39,769 nucleotides of DNA from positions 1-39,769 of the forward strand of contig CAZGKP010000002.1 of the NCBI GenBank assembly GCA_964526215.1, written 5' to 3'. The stretch is from an uncultured Candidatus Sumerlaeota bacterium (GTDB taxonomy: Bacteria > Sumerlaeota > Sumerlaeia > MWCT01). Shown here one piece after another: positions 17,101 through 23,820 of this stretch. The position numbers and the translations under genes were made by a program. The notes beneath the pieces were generated by a model. The model saw nothing but the letters and a program-made list of their open reading frames with translations, was not told the DNA's origin and did no database searches. Position 1 is the first letter of the stretch, and each line of letters starts with the position of its first letter.

Positions 17101-18609
17101 AACTTCGGATGTGGACCGGATTCATTCCTGTTAAAGTTCTTCTCACGCGAGCTCGGCGGCAAACCATTCCTCCAGATTGAGATTGATGAACACAGCGCAG
17201 ACGCCGGCATCATCACCCGTTGCGAGGCATACCTCGATACCATTGCATCCTACAATGGCGCAACCCCACGGATACCACGTGAAGGACCAATTATGACGCT
17301 GGCATCCTTAATAAAATCTTCATCTTCATCTACGTCTTCATCTACGGAATCTTATCCTGCCAGCATCGGCCGATTGATTTCCCCAGGCGCGCCATCGGTG
17401 GGTAAACAGAATCGCGATACAACTCTATACATAACGCAGATGTGCAAGCATACATACGTCCTGGAGGCGATATTCAACCGTGCCGGTATTCCGGCACGCG
17501 TTATGGAACCATCGGATGAGGAATCGCTCTACTGGGGGCGCAAATATACCACCGGTAAGGAATGTTACCCTGCGCTACTCACCACCGGCGATATCGTGCG
17601 CGAGACACACCGTCCCGATTTTGACCCGGAACACGCAGCCTTCTTTATGCCCGGCGCAAATGGTCCCTGCCGATTCGGTCAATATGCAAAACTCCACCGC
17701 CACATCCTTGATGACCTCGGGCTGTCTTCTGTCTCCATTGTTACGCTCGACCAGGACAGGGGTTTCCATAGAGACATAAAGGGGCTTAATCTCTCCTCAG
17801 CAAAGGCTGCATGGAAAGGCATTGCCGCGGTGGATACCCTCGAGCGATACCTGCTCACCACACGTCCTTATGAAAAGAACCCCGGCGAGACCGAAGTGGT
17901 TCATAATGAGGCGCTGCGTGATCTTTACAAAACCATCCTTGAGGGCGGAAGTATTTCCGCCGAGGCGGAAAAGCAGTATCGCCTTTTTTCCCAAATCCCT
18001 ACCGAGGGGCGCGGCACACGCCCCCTTATCGGCATCGTCGGTGAGATTTATATCCGCTCAAACTCCTTCAGCAATGAGGATTTGATAAAGACACTCGAGG
18101 CGATGGGCGCCGAAGTAGCAATGCCACCAATTACTGAATGGCTTAACTACGTAACTCTTGTGCGCAGGTGGAGGAACTTGCAGCATCGCGACTACTGGAA
18201 CGCCGTCAAGGATTTCCTCATTGAAGAGTATATGCATCGTGTGGAACGGCGTATCACGCGAACCTTCAATTTTCAGCCCGAGGCATTGCCGGTAGAGCTC
18301 CTGGAACTTGCAACACCATATTTACATCCGAACTTCAGCGGAGAGGCGATCCTATCAATCGGGAAAACACTCGAACTCATCAAGGAGCGTGGTGTGGCTG
18401 GTGTAATAAACGTGATGCCCTTCACCTGTATGCCCGGCACAATCGTAGCGGCGCTCTTAAAGCGCGTGCGTGAGGATTTTGGCGGATTCCCCTGTATCTC
18501 ATTAGCCTTCACCGGACAGCAATCTCTGAACTTAAGGATGCGGCTTGAGGCATTTATGTATCAGGTGAGCGAGCGCCAAAGGCGCACCATCGGGGTGTTC
18601 CATAAATGA
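14197..18609 (+). CDS. Fusion of two BadF/BadG/BcrA/BcrD-type ATPase (activase) modules with a 2-hydroxyacyl-CoA-dehydratase-like region (DUF2229/HGD-D type)
   Basis: Two ASKHA ATPase modules (GIDVGSVSVN...CAAGTGSFLDQQA; LGVDVGSISTN...CAAGTGSFLEEQA). Cys cluster CKGCENHCEIHC. Dehydratase-like blocks (FGCGPDSFLLKF, IEIDEHSADAG, GKECYPALLTTGD, MPFTCMPGT). Confidence 0.9.
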   Translation: MSGELCIGIDVGSVSVNTFVTDPNGVLWDEGYHRTNGLPFHTALTALEEIGGRFSAQRVLYVATTGSGGRELSDLIGGLFVNEIVAQSRAVAQEIPHVRTVIEMGGEDSKLLFFKKEGGRCVLEDFSMNALCAAGTGSFLDQQAVRLGVSIEKEFGELALQCKTPPRIAGRCSVFAKTDMIHLQQVGTPVVDIVAGLCHALARNFKASIGKGKALVRPIAFQGGVAANIGMVRAFEDVLGLKPGELIKPRHFASMGALGALLIARESGEGRNFHGLDPLKAHIAKPYTSKGNLTRLADSLTQKGTPVSIVHFPQNTRTHPIDAYLGVDVGSISTNIVVIDKEHRVLAKRYLATASRPIAAIARGLDEIYGEIGDRIIIRAAGTTGSGRYLSGDIIGADVVCNEITAQAIAAIDIDPGVDTVFEIGGQDSKYISIDNGAIVDFEMNKVCAAGTGSFLEEQAKRLEIDLKSEFAPLALNAHHPVQLGDRCTVFMETDLVHHQQAGADKADLLAGLAYSTVYNYLNRVVGDKRIGRRIFFQGGTAFNKSVVSAFNKILGREVIVPPHHEVTGAIGVAINAQRRRGNRPSLFKGFDLSKRKYKLTTFECKGCENHCEIHCIKVAGEKPLFYGSRCGKYDVDRVNKKPSRLPDLFAERETLLFAVLNGEMRNIGTPANRDAEKQSASPNPQFPIPDAQHPSTSPTRPPTKGRVGIPLASIFYDQLPFWGAFFKSLGFEVEISGRTHKGTINRGIEAAVSETCFPIKVAYGHILALMDKKPDFIFLPCIVDAPMPDFTSRDKSCFNCPYIQTLPYTADAALNFAKCGTPVFSPSLFMQSGVEYMKRELGRYTEILKSDRRSINRAIDTAYRAQAAFNKALIRRGREILENLKPRQMAIVIVGRPYNTCDSGVDMGLPEKLLGMDILPIPMDMLPIDEVPLDASWRNIYWLYGLRILKAARIIRERQCLYPLYVTNFGCGPDSFLLKFFSRELGGKPFLQIEIDEHSADAGIITRCEAYLDTIASYNGATPRIPREGPIMTLASLIKSSSSSTSSSTESYPASIGRLISPGAPSVGKQNRDTTLYITQMCKHTYVLEAIFNRAGIPARVMEPSDEESLYWGRKYTTGKECYPALLTTGDIVRETHRPDFDPEHAAFFMPGANGPCRFGQYAKLHRHILDDLGLSSVSIVTLDQDRGFHRDIKGLNLSSAKAAWKGIAAVDTLERYLLTTRPYEKNPGETEVVHNEALRDLYKTILEGGSISAEAEKQYRLFSQIPTEGRGTRPLIGIVGEIYIRSNSFSNEDLIKTLEAMGAEVAMPPITEWLNYVTLVRRWRNLQHRDYWNAVKDFLIEEYMHRVERRITRTFNFQPEALPVELLELATPYLHPNFSGEAILSIGKTLELIKERGVAGVINVMPFTCMPGTIVAALLKRVREDFGGFPCISLAFTGQQSLNLRMRLEAFMYQVSERQRRTIGVFHK
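16245..16270 (+). repeat. Tentative R4-like segment inside the 1470-aa CDS
   Basis: CTAATCCTCAATTTCCAATTCCTGATG against the R4 copy at 18652 (CTCAATTCACTATTCCTCATTCA): about 17/24 matches. It sits within a low-complexity insert (SASPNPQFPIPDAQHPSTSPTRPPTKG). Confidence 0.3.
17305..17403 (+). repeat. R2-arm plus R3 sequence embedded in frame in the 1470-aa CDS
   Basis: TCCTTAATAAAATCTTCATCTTCATCTACGTCTTCATCT parallels the reverse complement of 37709-37745 (CCCTTATGAAATCTTCATCTTCGTCTTCATCT). AGGCGCGCCATCGGTGGG (17386-17403) is 18/18 identical to the R3 variant at 37548-37565 (reverse complement). Confidence 0.55.
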
Positions 18610-18622
18610 GTCGTAATCTTCG

Positions 18623-18646
18623 GCCGACAGAATGCTCGCTGTCGGC
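18623..18646. terminator. Hairpin between convergent genes (possible bidirectional terminator)
   Basis: GCCGACAG-AATGCTCG-CTGTCGGC, an 8-bp stem. There is no clear U-tract on either side. Confidence 0.3.
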
Positions 18647-18651
18647 GGTAT

Positions 18652-18676
18652 CTCAATTCACTATTCCTCATTCATA
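18652..18676 (+). repeat. R4 copy
   Basis: CTCAATTCACTATTCCTCATTCATA. The reverse complement of 12543-12575 reads CCAAAATTCACTATTCTCCATTCCTCATTCCTT. AATTCACTATTC is identical (12/12) and CTCATTC is identical after a 7-nt duplication. Confidence 0.5.
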
Positions 18677-18687
18677 TAACCCAACCC

Positions 18688-20139
18688 TTAACGCCCCGAA
18701 TTTCGCAGCAATCCCCACTTGTGTAACTTCCGGTATAAGTCGCTGGCAATAAGGTTTTGGGCAAAACCGTTGAAGTGTGTGTAATCTTGCTTGCTTATGT
18801 AGAGATTCTCCTTTGCATAATGTTTAAGGTGCGGCAGGGGGTCATATACATAAAACCCCTCCGCGGAGAGATATTCCTTCAGTCGTTTTGCGGATTTGTC
18901 GGATACCCCCGGCGGGTCCGTAATCTGATAGGAGACTGGGAAAATAATCACCACACAGGGAATTCGCCTGGGCGAACAGGCTTTCTTCACCTTGCCGAAT
19001 TGCTTTCTCAACCATTTCCATTCGGGTGTCTGCGGGTTGGAAAGTATAGATAGAGCATAATCGAAAGGTCTCAAGTTTTTGTATTTATCCTTATTAAGGG
19101 TATATTCTATTCGCCGGTAAATCCAGCTTATAAAAGAGGAATAGCGGAGGGCATAGGTCAGAAAGACAGATTTAAGTTTAAGGGAGTCGGGGCGAATCTT
19201 CCAGCGATTATGGGCATACGCGGTCTGGGGATTCGGAAATATTCCACTCGGGAGATTGCCGAGTTTTTCAAAGGTGTGCGTCTCGAAGTCGAGAGAGGGT
19301 TCATTAACGTCGTTGTAGCAAAAGCCCAGGAGGATGAGGTCGGGCTTCAATTGAAGCCCCCGTGCCTCTAAAAATGCGCATTCGTTGTAAGTGTTCCATC
19401 CACCCACACCGGCATTAATTACTTCATAAACCACGTCCGATGAAGGCGGGCGGTTTTTGTTCAGAAGGGCTTCCAGCCGATCTGTAAAACGTTCTCTGGC
19501 GGGGATACAGAAACCGAAAACTACCGAATCGCCAATGGCAAGTATGCGGAAAAGACCTCTTTTCTTCTCCGGCTTGAATTTGTGGTAACGAAAACCCTGC
19601 GAGTTGATTTTGTAAAGGGTGGGGCGGCGATTCTCCCTGATTACGACACGCGAATCGGGCTTGAGCTCATAAACAATGTCCGGGTTTTTTGAGAGCTGAT
19701 GTATCTTGTGGAATTTTGTTTGAAAAACCGGTGTGAAGCCGAGTAAACTGAACAATATCTCAAGTATAACCAGCGTAAAAAGCAGAGTTAGAATCAGCGT
19801 AAAAAGGACTAAAATGCAATTGCGGCAGCGGATAACAATTTTATCGGTGTATGAATATTTTGCAGCGCGCCGCATAATGAGGAAATGGCTGACAAGTAGC
19901 ACAAAACCTCCAACCAGAAAAAAAGATGATAAAACGTCCAGAAGGCGTTGTTGATAGGCAGAGAGGGCATCGGGGAGATAGACGAAATACGAATAGAGTC
20001 TGCGGTCAGTGAGAATCGCCGCCACAATCAGGCAAAAACCCACAATCTGCACGAAGCGTAAGAAATTTAAAGAGACTGCGCGGGGGATTTTGCGGGCATT
20101 TTCGGTGCTCCTGGCGGAACGTAAAAAAAATAGAGACAC
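18688..20139 (-). CDS. Membrane-anchored SGNH/GDSL-family hydrolase
   Basis: N-terminal TM helices (IVGFCLIVAAIL, FFLVGGFVLLVSHFLI, ILVLFTLILTLLFTLVILEILF). SGNH blocks: LAIGDSVVFGF (I), GVGGWNT (II/III), DYTHFN (V). GTG start with a GAGGA SD 6 nt upstream. Confidence 0.75.
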   Translation of the reverse strand: MSLFFLRSARSTENARKIPRAVSLNFLRFVQIVGFCLIVAAILTDRRLYSYFVYLPDALSAYQQRLLDVLSSFFLVGGFVLLVSHFLIMRRAAKYSYTDKIVIRCRNCILVLFTLILTLLFTLVILEILFSLLGFTPVFQTKFHKIHQLSKNPDIVYELKPDSRVVIRENRRPTLYKINSQGFRYHKFKPEKKRGLFRILAIGDSVVFGFCIPARERFTDRLEALLNKNRPPSSDVVYEVINAGVGGWNTYNECAFLEARGLQLKPDLILLGFCYNDVNEPSLDFETHTFEKLGNLPSGIFPNPQTAYAHNRWKIRPDSLKLKSVFLTYALRYSSFISWIYRRIEYTLNKDKYKNLRPFDYALSILSNPQTPEWKWLRKQFGKVKKACSPRRIPCVVIIFPVSYQITDPPGVSDKSAKRLKEYLSAEGFYVYDPLPHLKHYAKENLYISKQDYTHFNGFAQNLIASDLYRKLHKWGLLRNSGR

Positions 20140-20174
20140 TAATCATCCTCGCAGAAAAAAAAGTGGTGGAACAG

Positions 20175-20240
20175 TTGTCTGTTGTCCGTTTGCCGTTTTG
20201 TCCGCCCGAGGCGGAGCGGATTCAACATTTTTATCCTTAC
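20175..20240 (+). repeat. R1 copy C (degenerate)
   Basis: TTGTCTGTTGTCCGTTTGCCGTTTTGTCC...GGATTCAACATTTTTATCCTTAC. It shares the 5' arm and the AACATTTTT(C)ATCCTT box with A and B. The middle is replaced by a CCGCC-CGA-GGCGG hairpin. Confidence 0.45.
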
Positions 20241-20248
20241 GGCTTGCT

Positions 20249-21808
20249 CTAATTTCCCCAGACCTCGAATTCGGGCACACGGGCAACGGCGTCTAATGAA
20301 CAGGATTTCTTGATGCGCAGGCGGACACACCTTGCAGTGATGGAGTTTCCCAATTTGACAACATCGAAGGCGGTGATTGACGCCCCTTTATTATCAACCT
20401 CTGCAACGGTTCTCCAGGGACCATCCAGCCCTGACGCCACGTCTATGGCGAATGCGGCAGTGTCAAATCCCGCCGACTCTCCCGTGAAACTCGCATTCTT
20501 GAGGATGAAGCCCGTAAGTGTATGTTCTTTTCCTAAATCGAGCGCAAGCCAGTGGGCGTCAGGATTTTTCACCTCGCACCATTTAGACTGAAGGTTTCCG
20601 TCAAATGCCATTCTGCCGGTCTGGTCGGGTTCATTATGTCCCGACTCGTGCCATTTCCTGACGGCAGGGGCGAGATTGCTACCACGCGGTGGCGGCGGCA
20701 TCTTTTCAAGCATCGCCTCTTGCGCCGGGATACGGAATTCCCTCGCAACGCCTAAATAATCATAGTCCACTGGTGGTAGTTCGGGGAAAGGTGCGTGTGG
20801 TTCGCGCTGATACCATATCGCCACACTTGAATAATCATCCTGACGGTCCTGCACATCCCACCCGTGGCACCGCATCGTAACGCGAATGGATTTCCTGAAG
20901 CGAACAGGGTCAAGAATATGGAAGCGGTATGCAGTCATACGCCCATCCTCCGGACCGTATGACGTTCCGTGAAAAAGTGCATTCTCTTCTTTGCGGAATC
21001 CCCACGAGAAACCGAAATAATCCTCTGCACCTATGCCAGGAAGCGACGGCTTCTTCTCGCCATCAATGTAAAAATCATTGCCTCCCTCTACCCACGCTCC
21101 CTGTCCGAGCAGGTGATAATTCATAATTGTCCCGACATAATGACCCTCGCCCTCCGCCTCGAGAATCGTATATGGGACGTGGAGTGTAACGGGATTTTCA
21201 CGCCGCCATTGTGCGTGAAAGAGAGCGGTGTTTTCCCGAAGCACCGGCACACTCTCGTAATCTATCTGTATAAAGAAGAGACTGACATTGCGCTGGCTGC
21301 GATTCTCGACGGCAAAACGCGCCTTTTTGAAAAACGGCATCTGCCAGTAACAATTCAGAGCGGCATGATTTTCCCCGCCAGCGGGAAACATCTCCAGCAT
21401 AAGCGATTTGAACTCGCGCTCCTTCCCGAAGCCCACGCCGAAAAAATCACCCAGAGGCACCTCCACGCTCGGAGAATCCTCCCCGTCCCACCAGATGCGC
21501 AAAACAAGCAGACCATGAACCTGCGGGATGGCACTCCGGGCAGTTATCCATATATGCCGGATGATTGCCGGGCCATCGAGGTCTGCAACAACCACATTTG
21601 CACCACTCTTGATACCCAGAACCTGTGCAACCCGATGCGATTTTCCACCGGATATTTCGGCAAGAGAATCAAACATCCAGCCGCCGCAAATCACTCGCTG
21701 ATGTGGAACGTGCTTACATCCCAACCCTGAAAGCATCATCCACATAAATACAAACACAACCCATAACCGACGCATTAAAAAACCCTGTAAAAAGATACAC
21801 CGACTCAT
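20249..21808 (-). CDS. GH172 (DUF2961) glycoside hydrolase with C-terminal F5/8 type C (discoidin/CBM32-like) domain
   Basis: DUF2961 hallmarks (IIRHIWIT, LRIWWDGEDSPSVEVPLGDFFG). C-terminal NLQSKWCEVKNPDAHWLALDLGKEHTLTGFILKN is discoidin-like. Signal peptide MRRLWVVFVFMWMMLSGLGC, so an alternative start is at 21775. Confidence 0.8.
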   Translation of the reverse strand: MSRCIFLQGFLMRRLWVVFVFMWMMLSGLGCKHVPHQRVICGGWMFDSLAEISGGKSHRVAQVLGIKSGANVVVADLDGPAIIRHIWITARSAIPQVHGLLVLRIWWDGEDSPSVEVPLGDFFGVGFGKEREFKSLMLEMFPAGGENHAALNCYWQMPFFKKARFAVENRSQRNVSLFFIQIDYESVPVLRENTALFHAQWRRENPVTLHVPYTILEAEGEGHYVGTIMNYHLLGQGAWVEGGNDFYIDGEKKPSLPGIGAEDYFGFSWGFRKEENALFHGTSYGPEDGRMTAYRFHILDPVRFRKSIRVTMRCHGWDVQDRQDDYSSVAIWYQREPHAPFPELPPVDYDYLGVAREFRIPAQEAMLEKMPPPPRGSNLAPAVRKWHESGHNEPDQTGRMAFDGNLQSKWCEVKNPDAHWLALDLGKEHTLTGFILKNASFTGESAGFDTAAFAIDVASGLDGPWRTVAEVDNKGASITAFDVVKLGNSITARCVRLRIKKSCSLDAVARVPEFEVWGN

Positions 21809-21911
21809 AACGCCCGCTCGGAAAATTTTACTTATCCGCGAATGTCGCTAATATTCGCTAATTACTATTCGCGCTCATTGGCGTAATTGGCGGATTGGGC
21901 TTGATCTTGCA

Positions 21912-22781
21912 TTATGTGGATTGTGTGAGTTTCTCCTGCAAGACCTTTTTCATAACCGCAAGGTCGGGTGCCGTGCCTGTCCAGAGCTCGAATGCCCGCA
22001 CGCCTTGATATAGTAAGAGGTCTATCCCGCCGATGACGGTGCAACCACGTGCCTTCGCCGCTCTCTGAAATGGGGTCCGGGTAAGATTGTAAACGGCATC
22101 AAAGACAACCGCCGAGCCGGGGATGGCATCAGTCTTTGTCGGGAGTGGGTCATCCGGTTTCATACCCAGCGGCGTTGCATTTGCCACAATCTGCGCATCC
22201 ATAAGTGCGAAGAGGAATTTGTCAGAATCAGGCGCGGCACATTTGACCTTCACCCCCGGTGCGGCGCGTTCCACATCAGCCGCCAGAGTCCAGGCTTTCT
22301 TCAGAACAATATCGGTCAGCGTAATTGATTCTGCGCCTTCGAGGGCACTGCCGATTGCCATTGCGCGAGCCACGCCGCCCGCACCGACAATTGCTATCCG
22401 CGCACCCTTCACCTCTACGCCCGCCTCGCCAAGTGCACGCAAAAATCCATATACGTCCGTATTATACCCGAAGAGACGCCCACCTTTATTCACAATCGTA
22501 TTGACGGCGACTATCTTCCCCGCCTCATCCGAGAGGTCATCAATGTATGGAATGACCGCCTCCTTGTGCGGGATGGTCACATTGACCCCGGCAAGCCCCA
22601 GTGCACGGATGCCGTGTATGGCATCTGCGATATGTTCCGGTTCCACCGGGAATGGCACATAGACAAAATCAAGTCCCGCCGCCTCAAATGCCGCATTGTG
22701 CATCAGCGGCGACAACGTGTGCGAAACAGGCCAACCGATAAGACCCACAACCCTGGTCTTTCCCGAAATATTTATCCCCAT
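21912..22781 (-). CDS. aroE: Shikimate 5-dehydrogenase
   Basis: SHTLSPLMHNAAF, NVTIPHK, YNTD and GAGGVARA motifs. Start moved to ATG 22781 (GGGGGA SD 7 nt upstream). The track start is 22799. Confidence 0.9.
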   Translation of the reverse strand: MGINISGKTRVVGLIGWPVSHTLSPLMHNAAFEAAGLDFVYVPFPVEPEHIADAIHGIRALGLAGVNVTIPHKEAVIPYIDDLSDEAGKIVAVNTIVNKGGRLFGYNTDVYGFLRALGEAGVEVKGARIAIVGAGGVARAMAIGSALEGAESITLTDIVLKKAWTLAADVERAAPGVKVKCAAPDSDKFLFALMDAQIVANATPLGMKPDDPLPTKTDAIPGSAVVFDAVYNLTRTPFQRAAKARGCTVIGGIDLLLYQGVRAFELWTGTAPDLAVMKKVLQEKLTQST

Positions 22782-22908
22782 TTCTTTTCCCCCTTGCAAT
22801 TAGCCCTGTCCCATCCGGGGCAAATATTACAAAACCAATCTAATAAAAATCAACCACCGATGAATGCCGATGTACATAGCGCGACTAACGCCGCAACCAA
22901 AGAGAAAT

Positions 22909-22986
22909 CCCACGCAGAGGCGCAGAGGTCGCAGAGAAAGAGAAATGTTTTATATTAACTCTGCGTTCTCTGTGTCTCTGCGTGGG
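22909..22986. repeat. Solitary long hairpin with (CGCAGAG)n-type arms
   Basis: CCCACGCAGAGGCGCAGAGGTCGCAGAG (22909-22936) against the reverse complement of 22959-22986, CCCACGCAGAGACACAGAGAACGCAGAG: 24/28 complementary. The loop is 22 nt and AT-rich. No ORF. Confidence 0.6.
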
Positions 22987-23095
22987 GGAAATCTTCGCAA
23001 AAAAACCCAAGATTTTGTCTGCGCCAATTCGCCTCGGGTTGAAACTTTCAACAGGCTCAACTGACAAACCGACTAACTGACTGAACTGACTAACA

Positions 23096-23398
23096 TCAAT
23101 CAAGGTCGAAGGGGCGTTGGGGTGGACCGGTCTCGCCTTTTTCCTTCACCTCTTTTAGTCTCTCAGAAAATAGTGCATCGAGTTTTTCGCGTTTATGTTT
23201 TTCCTTTTCACGCGCAGCGCGGAATTTCTCCTCGGCGATAGCGCTCGACTTTTTGACCTTGAGGAACGCATCCTCAAAGCGGTCTCCTGTCGACTCTTCG
23301 AGGATGGGCTTACGGGTCTCTACAACTTTCCCCGTTTTTTTCTCGACGACAAGGACGCTCTTGCAGATTGGACAGTTTACTTTCATAGTTTCGGACAT
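23096..23398 (-). CDS. Small protein with N-terminal CxxC knuckle and Lys/Glu-rich helical tail (function unknown)
   Basis: 100 aa: MSETMKVNCPICKSVLVVEKKTGKVV, then charged coiled-coil-like sequence. Only one CxxC pair is visible. GGAGGAAT SD upstream of the ATG. Confidence 0.5.
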   Translation of the reverse strand: MSETMKVNCPICKSVLVVEKKTGKVVETRKPILEESTGDRFEDAFLKVKKSSAIAEEKFRAAREKEKHKREKLDALFSERLKEVKEKGETGPPQRPFDLD

Positions 23399-23744
23399 TT
23401 CGATTCCTCCACAAGATTTAAGTTAGAAGAGCACCATTTCCCTAAATAAATCCACAAAAATTTACAAATTTTGCAACCGGCATTTTTAAGTCCCCAATTT
23501 GCCTCATTTCTGTCCAGCTTACGGGGAGCACCTCACCTCCCTGGGGCTTCTGTTTCTAATCTTGACACTACTTACTGGCAGACCGTATACCCTGAATCTC
23601 GCACTCTCCTTGAGGCTGGTAATGCTTTGCTAATCAAATGCATTGTAACCGTTTGTATATCTGAAGATAGTGGCAAGCAATATATCGGAGTCCCTTTTAA
23701 CGGTAAACAAATTGGACAAGAACAGCATCTCGAATTAATATTCC

Positions 23745-23774
23745 GGGGATATTTTGCCGTAAAGAAATATCCCC
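23745..23774 (+). other. Perfect 10-bp hairpin in the leader of the GT-C gene
   Basis: GGGGATATTT-TGCCGTAAAG-AAATATCCCC. It is followed by an A-run rather than a U-run, so it is not a canonical terminator. Confidence 0.4.
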
Positions 23775-23820
23775 AAAATAAACGTTAGGATGATAAAGAA
23801 CCGTATTGTTTCTAACCCAG

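Noticed and set aside
12816-20240. Genomic island integrated at tRNA-Gly and bounded by direct R1 repeats (13011-13090 and 20175-20240).
   Set aside because: There is no integrase, excisionase or mobility gene. The repeats do not contain the tRNA 3' end. A third R1 copy in the same orientation lies upstream of the tRNA at 8313, and a fourth at 39668. R1 therefore behaves as a dispersed intergenic repeat rather than an att site.
20969-21730. A 253-aa plus-strand ORF. Similar long antisense ORFs occur at 454-924, 2953-3474, 6356-6970, 22123-22662, 30495-31106, 32939-33619, 35542-35961, 36768-37211 and 38039-38587.
   Set aside because: Each lies entirely antisense to, or out of frame within, a gene with strong family motifs. 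Their composition is skewed (Arg/Ser/Pro/Cys-rich), they lack an SD, and no family resemblance is visible. These are typical shadow ORFs.
23471-23788. A 105-aa plus-strand ORF in the spacer upstream of the GT-C gene.
   Set aside because: It has a non-ATG start and no SD, its sequence is low-complexity and non-globular, and it spans the candidate promoter and hairpin. It is treated as non-coding leader.
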